A DNA stretch of 64,000 bases from Octopus vulgaris (GCA_951406725.2 OX597829.1:31310001-31374000), one strand, 5' to 3'. Positions 13,295 to 27,849 are shown, numbered from the stretch's first letter. Program-made: numbers and translations. The notes: generated by a model not told the origin, from the letters alone.

Positions 13295-13474
13295 AGGCGT
13301 GGCTGTGTAGTAAGAAGCTTGCTTCGCAACTACGTGGTTCTGAGTTCACCCCCACTGCGTGGCACCCTGTGCACATCTCCTCTGCTATATAGCCTCGGGT
13401 CGACCGAAGCCATGAGAAGGAATTTGGTAGATGAAAGCTGAAAGAAGCTTGTTGTGTGTCTGTGTGTGTGTGTA
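13295..13474 (+). mobile_element. SINE family B 5' half, interrupted at its microsatellite by a mariner derivative
   Basis: ggcgtggctgtgtagtaagaagcttgcttc...ctatatagcctcgggtcgacc...gaaagctgaaagaagc. Confidence 0.85.
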
Positions 13475-13992
13475 TACGAGGGTGAGTCAAAAAGTAATGC
13501 CATTTTGTTATAATTACCAACACAGGAACGTGTATCATACATCAAAATGAAGCTGATCCTCTTTTGATCACATCCCTATTTCTCTCAATAGCAATGTTCC
13601 ACCTCCAATTGAGATCATGTATCCCTGCCCCGTAAAATTCTGTTGACTGTTCTTTGAGCCACTTATTCACTACAGTTTTCACTTCTTCGTCACTGGAATA
13701 ATGTTTGCCTCTCAAATCGTCTTTCATGGGGCCGAAGATATGATAGTCCAGTGATGAGGAAGTGAAAACTGTAGTGAAGAAGTGGCTCAAAGAACAGTCA
13801 ACAGAATTTTACGGGGCAGGGATACATGCCTCACATTCGAAGGTAGAACATTGCTATTGAGAGAAACTGTAACTATGTTTAGAGGTAGGAATGTGATCCA
13901 CAGAGGACCAGCTTCATTTTGATGTATGATACATGTTTCTGTGTTGGTAATTATACCTGTCCTAAACAAAATGGCATTACTTTTTGACTCAC
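13475..13992. mobile_element. Fold-back mariner derivative (two inverted 3' halves)
   Basis: TIR TACGAGGGTGAGTCAAAAAGTAATGCCATTTTGTT at left and its truncated complement at right; both arms encode a mariner C-terminus (DYHIFGPMKDDLRGKHYSSDEEVK..WLKEQSTEFY). Confidence 0.88.
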
Positions 13993-14006
13993 ACACACAT
14001 ACGCAA

Positions 14007-14084
<78 letters not shown>

Positions 14085-14324
14085 TATAATAAGAGTTAAA
14101 ATCGACTCAATTAGCCTGAATCTTAACATTCTGACGAAATCGGGGAAGCGAGAAAAAATAGGCAACATACCAGGGCGATGGTCAATCGCAAATAAAAATG
14201 CAGATACCTATGTCCCGTGATTTCGACATCTGAGATATTCCCCTTCGATCTATTCAGTAGATTTTGCTGCCTGGGGCTAAAAAACTGCTTCTCACCTCTT
14301 ACACACGCACACATGTATATATGC

Positions 14325-14383
<59 letters not shown>

Positions 14384-14386
<3 letters not shown>

Positions 14387-14719
14387 TAACGAAGCTAAAG
14401 CACGCAGTTTGAAGCCGCTTAGCACAGATTGACTTTGAACTCTGCAGTGCATGCGCACTAAGTTTTAACGTTCTAACTCATTTCTGCTGTTTACAGCAGT
14501 GCTTAGAAGGAAGGTGTGTAGCGTATGATCGTCGCATTGACCATGACAGAAAATTGAGCAGAGAATCTGTATCAAATTTTGCCAAAAAACTTGGTGATAC
14601 CTGCTCAGAGGTCTACGCAAACTTTTCAAAAATTTTCATCGTTCAAGGCCAATCACAGCAGAGTTCAAGGTCAATCTTTGCCAAGCGGTTTCTCTTTGCG
14701 TGCTTTAGCTTCGTTACTA
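14384..14719 (+). mobile_element. Mariner-derived MITE
   Basis: ~65-bp TIRs (AGTAACGAAGCTAAAGCACGCA...), TA on both sides, internal N-terminal HTH remnant EQRICIKFCQK/LGDTCSEVY. Confidence 0.85.
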
Positions 14720-14809
14720 TAGCAACAGTCCTGATATTTATTGATCAGACCTCGTATGTATGTATATATAAATATAAATAAATAAATATACATACATACT
14801 TATATATAT

Positions 14810-15162
14810 TCTTTTACTTGTCTTTCAGTCATTTGACTGTGGCCATGCTGGATCACCGCCTTTAGTCGAACAAATCGACCATAGGACTTATTCTTTGTAA
14901 GCCTAGTATTGTATTGGTCTCTTTTGCCGATCCGCTAAGTTACGGGGACATAAACACACCAGCATCGGTTGTCAAGTGATGGTGGGGGACAGACACACAC
15001 GCACACATATGATGGGCTTCTTCCAGTTTCCGTCTACCAAATCCACTCACAAGGCTTTTGTCGTCCCGAGGCTATAGTAAAAGACACTTGCTCAAGGGGC
15101 CACGCAGTGGGACTGAACTCGGAGTCATATAGTCAGGAAGCAAGCTTCTTACCACACAGCCA
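14810..15162 (-). mobile_element. SINE family B, full length
   Basis: Head (cttaccacacagcc) to tail (ttcagtcatttgactgtggccatgctgg) with internal (CA)n. Confidence 0.9.
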
Positions 15163-15214
15163 TAATGTAATGTGTGCATGTATGTGTGCCTTCCCGGTGC
15201 ACTCGAAGTTTTTA

Positions 15215-15750
15215 TGAGTGATGGGAAAGCAGGACGCTAAAATTGTAGGTGCTAGCATAGTAATGTGTCATCTTCAGCTTAAATCCTCAGAAGAGAGGAA
15301 ACTGGCAAAAAAGCCAAACTCTGTATTTTCAATTCGGTTTTTGTGCCTGTCCTCACCGATGGTCATGATTGTTTAGTAATGACCAAAAGAGTACGATCGT
15401 GAATACAATCGGCCGAAGGGTCTCTGGACTAGTTACATGATAGGGCGCGCAACTCGGAGATCAGGAAGTCTCCTCATGTCAAGTCGCTACTTCTCCGCAC
15501 TGAGAGGTAACAGCTCAGGTATTACGGACATGTGATTGGAATGCCAGAGGAAAGAATCGCAGACAGCGAGCCAGCCGACAGGAGACCAAGAGCGAGATGG
15601 TTGGATAATATCCATGGTTTCAGTTGGTCACGTTTGGGAATCCAACCGGAAAGTGTAATGATGATTGTTTCTGACAGGAGCCTATGTAGAGAATGCTGAG
15701 GACACTACTCTCACGACCGTCCCAAGATTAGAGGGAACAAAAGATGAAAA
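15215..15750 (+). mobile_element. RTE-clade (Rex3/Expander-like) LINE 3' fragment, pseudogenised
   Basis: Translates in pieces to SVFVPVLT.GH..VMTKRVRS, HDRARNSEIRKS, QLRYYGHVIGMPEERIA, RRPRARWLDNI. Confidence 0.8.
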
Positions 15751-15757
15751 CACACAC

Positions 15758-15807
<50 letters not shown>

Positions 15808-16710
15808 AAAGTATATATATATAAAGTATATATATATATATACACACAGATATATACATACACACACGCACACACACATGCTCACACACACACACATATA
15901 TGTTGACTGTTTACTCCTTATGCAAAGCCTGACCACCTCTTGTACTTACACCTTAGATCCCCCATGACGTCTGATGTGGATTTTTAAACCAGAATATTTA
16001 TTGAAAAGGCACCCACATAGATTGCATATGTGATATGGAATACCATGAGCTGCAGTTAGCTTCTGATCTTTGTGGATCTTAAAATGTCTTAAAATATATA
16101 TATTAGGAAATTAAATGTTATGGCTAGTCAAAGAGTCACCGTTGATTTCGCACCTATGAAACAACTGTGTAGGTGACTCACCAGATTCAAATAGCCGAAG
16201 GCGTATAACCTCTCTACAACTGGAAAAAGAAAAACATCACGGTCATTAGGCTTTTTTAAACAAAATATTTGTGTGTGTAGGGGTACTGCAGGCGGGATGA
16301 GATTATCCCCTTTATACCGGCTCCGGCATTGGTGATATTCGAAAGTGCTACAACGGCCATGTTCAATGAACGGGTGATTCCAAGATAGTAGTAGGAAACG
16401 TTTTAGATGGGGATATTGACTAAATACTTCTTTCCTGGAGTTTAGAAAGGTCCCTGGGTCATGCGAGTTTTCTTAGGATTCTTGCTCTCTCTCTCTCTCT
16501 CTCTCTCCCTCTCCCCCCTCTCTCTCTCTGTTTCCAGTCCTACAGGACATTTTCATTTTCCTTTGCATTACTCTATGTCGGGCTGTTTTGCGGCCGCACG
16601 GCTTTTTTTTTGTTTGTATATGTATGTTTTATCATGTTTCTGTTTTCGTCATTGTCCTCTACATTCGTTAGCTATTCTCAGCGGCTTTTCGCCCCTGGCG
16701 CCACCAAAAG

Positions 16711-16776
16711 TGAACAATATCAACGTTGAATGATCCTTTGGACGTTGACTGATGAGGAATAAGCTACGAATTTTCT
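16711..16776 (+). ncRNA. Degenerate type III hammerhead-ribozyme-like motif
   Basis: AUA, then stem TCAACGT/ACGTTGA, then CTGATGA, G...C, GAA, with partial stem III complementarity (GAACAAT vs GAATTTTC). Stem II is weak and A15.1 is missing. Confidence 0.45.
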
Positions 16777-16929
16777 GTGTGTTATATTCTTGTAATATTT
16801 GCGTTTGTTGTGATTTTGTTAAATTTTTGGTATAGATGTGTATGAGTGTGTGTGTGTTTTTGTGTGCGAGTGCATGTGTGCGAGTGCATGTGTGCGTGTG
16901 TGTATAGTATGTACTAATGTGTATACGTA

Positions 16930-17292
16930 TGTATGTACGTGTAGTATAGATGTATATATATATATGTATGCATGTTCGTATGTATGTATGGCACCTATGT
17001 ATGTATGGCATCTATGAATGCATGCATGTATGTATGTATGTATGTATGTATGTATGTATGTATGTATGTATGTATGTATGTGTGTGTATGTATGTATGTA
17101 TGCATGTATGTATGTATGTATGTATGTGTGTATGTATGTATGTATGTATGTATGCATGTATGTATGTATGTATGTATGCATGTATGTATGTATGTATGTA
17201 TGTATGTATGTATGTATGTATGTATGCATGTACGTTTGTAAGCACGTATGATATGTGTGTGTGTATGTATGATATGTATATATATATATATA
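16930..17292. repeat. (TATG)n compound microsatellite
   Basis: Direct inspection. Confidence 0.95.
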
Positions 17293-17809
17293 CTTTCGGT
17301 GCGAATGGCTTTACAATCCTGTAATTAATAATAATAGTATTTTTATATAAATTTAAAGCTTATGGCGATCACCGTGCAATAACTATGGAAAATAGTCTAA
17401 TAAAGGGGCATATAAGTTCACGATAGAAAAACAGAAGGCATGGGAGTTGAACCCACATCCCTTTGTTAACGCGACTGTGTTACCTTTAATAATAATGGTG
17501 CGAACTAATATATAATTCTTAAATTTGACAGAAAGTGGGAGGCTGATTCGCTGATGTAAAGGTAACACACTTAGTCGCGTTAACAAAGAGATGTAGGTTT
17601 GTCTTCCACGTGGATGTAAAAACTTACTGTTAACAAAAGTCGGGATGCGTGACGTTCAGTTACCCAATAAATGAAAAAATGCATTAAATACTACAAAAGG
17701 TATACGTAGGACAGACACAGAAGGACCCTAATCCTTCCTCAGTTATGGAACAAAAACACAAATACCCTGTTCCGTGCTTTTAACGATAAGACGGGGAACT
17801 TCGTATATC

Positions 17810-17948
17810 GGCGGCATGGTGTTGTTTTTCTCACAGACGGTGCCCAACTGACTTTACCATACTGTGTAGTCGATAAAATCAAAACCAAACAATGTGCATA
17901 CGCGGAATCAAAAATACAATATGGCGACGGTTTACCCATCGCATCCTG
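17810..17948 (-). mobile_element. 5' end (TIR and leader) of a Tc1/mariner-superfamily element, truncated
   Basis: Minus strand reads TA|CAGGATGCGATGGGTAAACCGTCGCC... to an ATG (aacaccatg); it abuts a TA/CATA microsatellite. Confidence 0.5.
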
Positions 17949-17956
17949 TATATACA

Positions 17957-18409
<453 letters not shown>

Positions 18410-18410
<1 letters not shown>

Positions 18411-18542
18411 CATCTCCTTGTTTCTCTCTTTGTTTTTTTCTGTGTCCCTTTCTGTAGAAGAGCGTAGGCTCGAAACGTAAAAGACTTTTTCTTTTCCTGA
18501 GCGTTATACTAATACATCTGTTTGTTTATTTTCGTAAACTCT

Positions 18543-18546
<4 letters not shown>
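18410..18546 (+). mobile_element. Penelope-like pLTR remnant with minimal hammerhead-like motif
   Basis: CTTT CTGTAGA A GAGC-GTAG-GCTC GAAA CG TA AAAG at 18448-18483; a decayed homolog lies near 9745-9773. Confidence 0.55.
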
Positions 18547-18629
<83 letters not shown>

Positions 18630-18999
18630 TGTAGGTAGGTAGGTAGGTAGGTAGGAATGTAGGTATGAATGTATGTATATGTATATGTATGTGTGTGTGT
18701 GTATGTACGCTTGTATATTGGTATGTATCTATCTATTATGCAAACTATTTTATACAGTCTTTCAAGCTAGCTCACGTAAGATGATTTACTTTTTGGAGAA
18801 GTTGTTTTTATTGCTGTATGAGCTTTCTAGTCAGGAACAAAACCTGTTTCTATTCATTTATTTTGTCTGTCTATCTATATCTTTATTTCGTCGAGTTAAA
18901 TTAACTGGCTATGCTAGTTTATTTGTCTTCTTTCATTGACACAACACAATGACAGTACTGAGAACCAAACTTGTATGTGCGTCGTACAGTACTTGAAAC

Positions 19000-19314
<315 letters not shown>

Positions 19315-19507
19315 TTAGTCCTGGTGTGCTTTACGCACCCTTTTCTCTTTATAGCTTTTTTTTTACTGTTCGCTTTTCTTTTCGTGTTTCATTCTGTGAA
19401 CTGGGCCTAACTTGGCTTTCATTGATGACTTAACTTCACTTGACTTATTGCTTCTTTTTCGTCCCCTGTTTTACACTTTTACAACCGACGAGTTGTAGTG
19501 CACCTGA

Positions 19508-19767
19508 CCACTCGCCGAGGTCAAAATTTGTTTTCATACTTTCGGGGTCTATAAATTAAAGCGCCGAGAAATACTCAGAATCGTTGCCGGGAGAAATACT
19601 CGGCAGTATTTCGTCTGCCGCTACGGTCAGAGTTCAAAAACCGCCGAGGTCGACTTTGCCATTCATCCTTTCGGAGTCGATAAATTAAGTACCAGTGAAA
19701 CACTGAGGTCGATGTAATCGACTGTCCTCCTCCTTCAAATTTCAGGCCTTGTACCTATAGTAGAAAA

Positions 19768-19809
<42 letters not shown>

Positions 19810-19860
19810 TCTTTCTTTACTACCCACAAGGGGCTAAACACATAAGGGACAAACGGATTA
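19508..19860. mobile_element. Cluster of SINE family A fragments around (TAT)n
   Basis: Two + strand central domains (19510-19560, 19590-19767) and a - strand tail fragment (19812-19860). Confidence 0.75.
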
Positions 19861-19910
<50 letters not shown>

Positions 19911-19912
<2 letters not shown>

Positions 19913-20240
19913 GAGTGAGAGAGCAGTTCATGCCATCAAAGTGACACTGGGGTAAAATATACGAAGCCCAATATACCCATCATGACTACCCGTCTGATAA
20001 AGGTACACCAGGCACATGCATCCCAACCATATGTGCGCGACATGGTGATCTCATATCAAGATAAACAGCGCATGACCTTGCAGGTGGGGCCCAATTAGAA
20101 ATTTCTTCAGGTTGAGTAGCCCATCCCGCTCAAAAGGTCCCTGAATAAGGGTTGTTTAAGGATGTTGAACGAAACACCCATGTTTCCAGAGGTGAATTAT
20201 TCAAACCCCAAAGAATCCCTCTCAACACATGGCTATGATG

Positions 20241-20243
<3 letters not shown>
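19911..20243 (-). mobile_element. Unclassified (TAA)n-embedded retroposon 'T', copy 1 (5'-truncated)
   Basis: Begins ttgagtgagagagcag on +; (TAA)n on both flanks; homologous to 21411 and 25706. Confidence 0.85.
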
Positions 20244-20287
<44 letters not shown>

Positions 20288-20299
20288 CATTATTATTCA

Positions 20300-20357
20300 T
20301 ATACACACAGACGGAAACTGAATGAAGATCGTCATGTGTGTGAGTTTGCGTGCCTCT

Positions 20358-20414
<57 letters not shown>

Positions 20415-20630
20415 TGTGTCTGTGTTTGTCCCACCCCAACAACACATATTTAATCGACGGGCTGTCATACAGTTTCCGTCTATCTAATTTACTCCCAAAG
20501 CTTTGACCGGCTCAGGTCTATATTAGAAGATACATGCCCAGTATACCAGTATACCGTGCAGTGGAAACTGAACCCGAAACCACATGATTGCAATGCGAGC
20601 TTCTGAACCACACAGTCATGCCTGCGCCTA
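20300..20630 (-). mobile_element. SINE family B fragments (a + oriented middle piece followed by a - oriented head)
   Basis: agacggaaactgaa..(TG)n, then cagtttccgtctatc...ccacacagtcatgcctgcgcc. Confidence 0.7.
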
Positions 20631-20929
20631 TATAAGGTAAAAATGAATCCGGGTGAGATTTGAACTCTGAGCGAAAAGACCGAACGTATTTCGTCCGACA
20701 TCCTTACTACTACTGACAATTCACTGAGAGGATTTGAACTCAGAACTTAAAGAGCCGACGCAAATCTATAACCCACCATCCTCACCGTTAAATCATTATC
20801 AGAAAATATTTTAGAACGACAAAGGCCTAATTCGTTTGCATCTAATTCGTTTCCCAGAAATAACTTATTTAATGTTATAATTGTTCTAGAGTAACATTCT
20901 AATCAGATTCTAAAGACGTCTTATTTAAT

Positions 20930-21085
20930 CCGAGGGAGTACCTAAGAGTAACCGGAAACATTCTCAGTGCGACAAACCCGATGGTAGTTCAGGCTTCCGC
21001 CGCTAGAAGCCACTTGATTCGACCCTTAGGCATCAATCTGCCAACCGGCGTCATCTGGTGAGGTCGTGCTGCATTTTTTTGTTTT
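20930..21085 (+). mobile_element. Mariner-like 5' end, truncated
   Basis: cgagggagtacctaagagtaaccggaa resembles a mariner TIR; no partner TIR seen. Confidence 0.4.
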
Positions 21086-21134
21086 GCAGTGCTGTCTGCC
21101 TGTCTGCCTGTCTGCCTGCCTGTCTGTCTGTCAG

Positions 21135-21220
<86 letters not shown>

Positions 21221-21410
21221 ATACACACACACTCTCTTTCTTTCTTGCTCTCTCTCATTGTATTTCTCCCAACAACAACTTTTTCTCCTCCTTTTCTTCT
21301 AAATATACATTGTGACGTATATTTTGATTCCTCCCCTTCTTTCTTTCTCGTTAATAGACTTGACGGATAGACTGCCGGAGCTCCGCTACACTTTTATAAG
21401 ATGATTATTA

Positions 21411-21860
21411 TTGAGTGAGAGAGCAGCGCATGCCATCAAAGTGACACTGGGGAACAAATATACGAAGCCCAATATACTCATCACGACTACCGGTCTGATA
21501 AGAGCATACTAGGCACATGCATCACAACCATATGTGCGCGACATAGTGATCTCATACCATGATAAACACCGCTTGACTTTGCAGTTAGAATTGTCTTCAT
21601 GTCGAGTAGCCCATCCCGTTCTAAAAGTCCATGAATAAGGTTTGTTTAAAGATGTTGAATAAAACATCCATGTTTCTAGAGGTGAATTATTCAAACCTCA
21701 AAGAATTCCTCTCAGCACTTGGCTATGATTTTCCCTCATTACTCTTACTCGTAATCAGAGATGCACATACCGTCAGCCACAAAGGGGCAGGCTCAATTGG
21801 TGAAGGTCAACTAATTGACAAGCAAATCTGTGATATCGAGCAGAATATTTCCTGTAGCCC
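21411..21860 (-). mobile_element. Retroposon 'T', copy 2
   Basis: Same 3' terminus with a short (TAA)n; more diverged than the other copies. Confidence 0.85.
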
Positions 21861-22839
21861 TTCCGTAGCTCGTCTCATTGACGGAGATACAGTCCTGGAT
21901 CAAACGTAGACCAAGAAATGACGCTTGGCAACTGGAGTGTTGGCAAGCGCTCACAGCTTTCTGCCAGTCGGGCAACGTGGTCGGTGGAAGTTCTGCTATG
22001 GAGTTCTATAGGGGATTAGCGGCGGGCAAGAGCGATGACGTTCTTGGGGAAACTCTGGGTGTCGGGAGGAATCAATTAACTGGTCTTTTCAGGAGGACAT
22101 TCAGGCCAGAGCCTATGGATAACTTCCAGAAATCCCTAGCCTGGCAGTGCTACCGGAGAGCTCTGCCGGTTCAAGGCAAGCTCTACAGACACAGAAGTGT
22201 TGTCAGACGGACCTGTCTGAGGTGTGCGCAGGGCGATGAAACCGTCTTGCATGCACTCTTCCGGTATCCGTGCATTACAGATTTGTGGAGCTTTGTCGGT
22301 TATCAATCGAGTCCATAGTGAAGATCGCCGTGCCGCCGTCCTTTGGCCGGGAAGGAAAGGCAATTTTCCTGTCTGGTAGCTACGGCGAAGGAAGTAGTGT
22401 GGTGGACGAGATTGAAAAGACTGAAGACAGATACTTTTCTCTTCGGTCAATCTCTCATCGACTTTTTCAAGTTCCACTTGAAAAAGAAAGTGAGGGTAGA
22501 AAAGGAAATTCTGCCCTACCCAATATTTTTGTTGAAAAGTGGGTGAATGTAGCGAGGATGGCCCGAGTGGACATTTGCCTGTAGGCCGGAACGGCCGAAG
22601 GAAAGAGGGATGCTTGCCTGAGGTGTTCTTGGCGGTCGGGGTGACCAGGATGAGTAAGGTGCCTTGGTCAGCCCTGGGTGGAACTCTCCCCTATTGGTAA
22701 TTTTTGTTGTTAGAATTTTCTTGTCAACTATTGCTGTTATTCATTGTATACTCGTCATTGTTCAGCACCTTACTTGAATTATTGTATTATATTGTCCCTA
22801 TTTGTTTAGTGTTCGGTCCTTGTTGCCACTAAAGAAATC
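21861..22839 (+). mobile_element. Tx1-clade LINE 3' fragment (divergent subfamily)
   Basis: TEIQSWIKRRP..., PMDNFQKSLAWQCYRRALPV, zinc-finger CLRC..DETVLHAL; 3'UTR ends ...ctaaagaaatc. Confidence 0.88.
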
Positions 22840-23250
<411 letters not shown>

Positions 23251-25140
23251 TTTGCACAGCTTCTAACACTGCAGATATACTACAGTGCCAGCTGTCATCT
23301 ACCAGTGAACTAAGGTAACACCCCTTATTTTTCCAGCACCATCCGGAGTATTCGAGCGGTTCCAAGCATTGCTGTTTTCTGCAAGTGCTCCACTCTTACT
23401 GCAGCTCCTATTTGTTCCATGTACTTCTCAAAATTTTTACTCACTGATCCGACAATCATTGGTACTACTCCCATCTTTTTCAATGACCACGACTGCTTAA
23501 CCTCCCAAGCTAACCTGTCATATCTCTCGACTTTACTTTCTTCCTTATCGCAAACCTTGTTGTCAGCTGAGCATGCCATATCTATGACGAAATAATATTA
23601 GTATTTTACTTTTAATCTGCATGTTTGTTACAGTTACTTGTCGAGACACACCCAATGTCCTGGGGCGAGTGAAAGATAAGAGATGTAACAGTATGACTGA
23701 AAGCTGTGGGAGGGGAATTCCTTTTACAGCCTTTTGGAGTTTGTGGAAGGATACATCTCTGTTCAAGGAAAGCGTCAGTTAATATGGATGTGAGGATCTT
23801 GTATGTGGTGTTGAGACATGTTATCTGTCGGTAGTTCTTTGGATTTTTTTCTGTCTTCAGTTGAGTGTATGTTGTTCATTCGGTCAGGTATTTGCTCTGA
23901 GTTCTGGATGACATCAGTCAGAGATGCAGGGAAATTTTGGTGCACTTCAGTCAAACAATTCAGCCAGAATTCATTTAAGTTCTGAGGTTTTCCATTTGTG
24001 AAACTTTTTAAGAACACATCTTAGCTCTTCTCCTATTGCCTCCAATTTCTGCTCTTCAACTTCATTCAGTCTCACTTTCTCATGCTCTATCCAGTCTTCT
24101 TTATCATTATATTCTTTCTTGTTGCTCCATATCTTCTTCCAGAACTCTTCCATTTCCTCAGTCTTAGGCGGCTCCTTTACTTCTATCTTACTTTTGCTAA
24201 TTTCCCTATAAAATTTATCTTGGATAACTTATTTTGCCGATAAAATTTGATTCGTTTGTCATACTTTCTAAGCCGTCGGGCTTTCAGTTACATTTGTTGT
24301 TTCAATTGTTCCATGGTTGCAGGGAGGCTTATAAAATCTTTGATTTTATATTTTTGCTTGACTTTTCTAGCTTGTTTCATCTTAACATTTACTCTTCTAG
24401 CAAGTTCATTGAGAACTGATACATCCGCCCACAAAAATTCAATCTGTTTTTGTATTGCTACTTTCCACTTAGGAGGTCTATTGACATGGTTGGTCGTTTT
24501 CTGTGTCGTCCTGATACCTAGTTGAGAAGTTACAACTTTAGCAGTGGAATAGATGAGATTATTTAAGATTGTTAGGTCATATCCCTTATAACTTAAGATC
24601 TGTCTAAGAGCAACATTATATATCATGATTATGTTGTTGTCTTTTAAGCTGTTTGAGAACTTTGCCAGTGGTTCTCTATTGATGATGTCAGTAGACTCAG
24701 TCCTGCCGAGTTCTCTGATAATACCTTCTTTTGCTTCTATGATCTTCTCTTTACTATTCACCTCAAATTCTGTGTCATACCTATTCTGGTGTTTTTGAGG
24801 TAGGTCTACTTTCTCCTCTTTTGTTCTTCGCTATTCTTTCTTCAGCTCCCTCGTTGGGATGTACTGCTCGTACACCGGGTTCTACAGGTCTAGGGTTAGG
24901 GTTATCCTAGATCTGGTTACCTAGTAGATCGTTTTGCAGAGAGTTTGTTCCAGCAGCAGATTTTTCGACCCCAGTCTGGTTCTCCACGAAGTAACACGGT
25001 CCTTGTAGTCCCGGGTGATGACCGATCTGGCATGAGTGACAATATGTTTGTTCAGAGTTGACTTTTTGACCCAACACCGCTTCCTTGGTCTTCGAATGAG
25101 TATATTTATCATATCGTAAGCTGATAGATCGAAAAGCGCC
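23251..25140 (-). mobile_element. R4/Dong-clade LINE, internally deleted pseudogene
   Basis: N-terminal PPKWKVAIQKQI; EEFWKKIWS...KWK; RT start NYRQITCLNTTYKILTSIL..LEQRCILP..KGC; jumps to the endonuclease IDMAC..KVERYDRLAWEVK..LQKTAMLGTARILR; 3' end joins (TAA)n. The 5' and 3' parts may derive from two copies. Confidence 0.85.
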
Positions 25141-25635
25141 TCTATTTATTATTTTTTTGTTGCTATGTTTCCCGACATAACTATTTGGTAATATTTTAAA
25201 CTTAGTGACTAATTTGCTTTTGCTCCTTTTAATATTCGTTTGTGGAAAGTGTTTTTATTTTATTTTCTATGTGCGTACGTGTGTGTCGTGTGGGCATTAT
25301 ATCTCTTATTATAAAAGGCATTGCTTATAAATATTAACGTGCAGATAGATGCATGGACAGATGCATGTATAGGTAATTATTCAAATTACGTACTTACTGT
25401 GTAATTAGTGTTTTTCAGGTTTCTTGGTGCTGGTTTCGACTTCACGTGTATGTTGCATTGAGATATCGTGCATTTAAGAAAGAAACTACACTTTATATGA
25501 CAAAAATCTTTCCGGTTTTTTAGTTCCTCTTCTTTAACAGAACCTTTACCACAGTTGTATTGCGAAGTTTTCCTCGCATCGCACCGATATTATTGAATTG
25601 AGATTGTTTTGTGGGCCAGGACCGTTTTGAAGAAC

Positions 25636-25695
<60 letters not shown>

Positions 25696-25705
25696 GCTAT
25701 TATTA

Positions 25706-26234
25706 TTGAGTGAGAGAGCAGTGTATACCATTAAAGTGACACGGGTAAAATATACGAATCCCAATATACCCACCATGTCTGATAAGGGTACACCAGGCAC
25801 ATGCATCACAACCATATGTGCGCAACATAGTGATCTCATATCATGATAAACAGCGCATGACCTTGCAGGTGGGGCCCAGTTAGAATTTTCTTCTGGTCGA
25901 GTAACCCATCCCGCTAAAAAGGTCCCTGAATAAGGATTGTTTAAGGATGTTGAACGAACCACCCATGTTTCCAAAGGTGAATTATTCAAACCTCTAAGAA
26001 TTCCTTTCAACACACGCTATGATGCTCCCCCACTACTTCTGCTCGTGATAAGAGATGCGCATATGGTCAGCCACTAAGAGACATGCCCAACTGGTTAAGG
26101 TCAAGCAACTGACAAGCAAATCTGTGGTATTGAGCAGAATATTTGCTGTAGCCCATCTTTTATACCAAGACAAAAAAATGAACATAACACTACCAGTCAG
26201 TTAAGATCAGAAACCACGAGAATCCCTGTCTGGT
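25706..26234 (-). mobile_element. Retroposon 'T', copy 3 (longest)
   Basis: (TAA)n on both flanks (25637-25705 and 26235-26430). Confidence 0.88.
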
Positions 26235-26248
26235 TTATTATTATATTA

Positions 26249-26413
<165 letters not shown>

Positions 26414-27180
26414 CATTATTATTATTATGATGATGATGATAACGACAACGATGATGAAGTTTTTTTGCTCTAAATATAAATTCATTTCATGTTATCAAAT
26501 TATTTGCAAAGTGGTATGTATGTACGTAGGCATGTATGTATGTATGTATGTATGTATGTATGTATGTATGTATGTATGTATGTATGTATGTATGTATAAA
26601 TATCTATGTGCTGTGCGTGTATGTCTATGTGTTGTGTCTATGTGTGAGCGTGGTGCGTGTGCAAGTGTTTATGTGTGTGCATGTGTGAGTATGCGCTCGC
26701 GTGCATGAGATTTTTATGGTAATTCACAGAGAGAGATGTGATTTAGCATTTATTGACAGACAATCTTATATTGATAAGCAGAAGCACAAAATGTCCCACT
26801 CAAAACTAATGATAACAGAAAGAAGGGTAGTGAAGGTTATTCGGAATTAAATGAATTCAACATCGAAATTTCACTCCTTAAAAATGTCCGCAATACTAAA
26901 GTATAGAGGTGGTTATTTTGCGTTGCGATCTGTCATTTTTTTTAAAGGTTTCAATAAAAGATAATCTATTTTAGGGTTGGGATAGGTAGTTAGTTGTCAA
27001 CAGAATCGACAGTAAGGATTTGGTAGTGGACATAAATAAAAGACAAAACAACGACTGTCTGTACTTGAACAAGATCAAGTAACACGAACGATATAGGACA
27101 CTAAATGCCTGTGTCTAATTTGGTGGGAATATATTCGTGAATATCCATTTATGCACATTACATACATTCTTGCAGTTATT

Positions 27181-27343
27181 CATGTGGCTGTGTGGCAAGA
27201 AGCTTGCTTCCTTACCACATGGCTCCGGGTTCAGTCCCAATGTGTGGTACTTTGGACATGTGTCTTCTACCTTGTGAGTGGATTTGGTAGACGGAAACTG
27301 AAAGAAACCCGTTGTATATGTATGTGTGTGTATGTGTGCGTGT

Positions 27344-27374
<31 letters not shown>

Positions 27375-27592
27375 CGTGCGTGTGCGCGCGCGCGCGTGTC
27401 TACTATTGCTTGACAACCAACGTTGATGTTTATGTCCCCGTAACTTAGCAGTTCGGCAATAGAGGCCCATAGAATAAGGCTCACAAAAAAAAAAGTTTTG
27501 GGGTCGATTTCTTCGACTAAAAGAAATCTTTTAAAATGGTGCTCCAGCATGGCCGCAGTCAAATGACTGAAACATGTAAAAGAATAAAAGAA
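27181..27592 (+). mobile_element. SINE family B
   Basis: Head gtggctgtgtggcaagaagc, internal (TG)n, tail ccagcatggccgcagtcaaatgactgaaac. Confidence 0.9.
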
Positions 27593-27849
27593 TATGCATG
27601 CATACTTAAGATTATCTCTATAGAAAATTTATACAGATACATTTAAAAGTGAAAATATCGCACTGCTAACACAAAGGAAAGGCACAACATTAACTTGTAA
27701 AACTTTAATATAATTGGTAGTATATTATGGTTGCATAATGAAATACTGTGACCTTACCAGCAATTAATATATACGAACATATGCGTTCATACATACAGAG
27801 TGGCATTTCATGTATTCATATATACATTGCATATATATTCACAAACATA

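Noticed and set aside
24888-24905. Telomeric TTAGGG repeat
   Set aside because: Only about two units, inside a LINE 5' region.
25300-25640. Helitron 5' end (A|TCTCTTATTATAAAAG)
   Set aside because: No hairpin-CTAG 3' end found, so evidence is insufficient.
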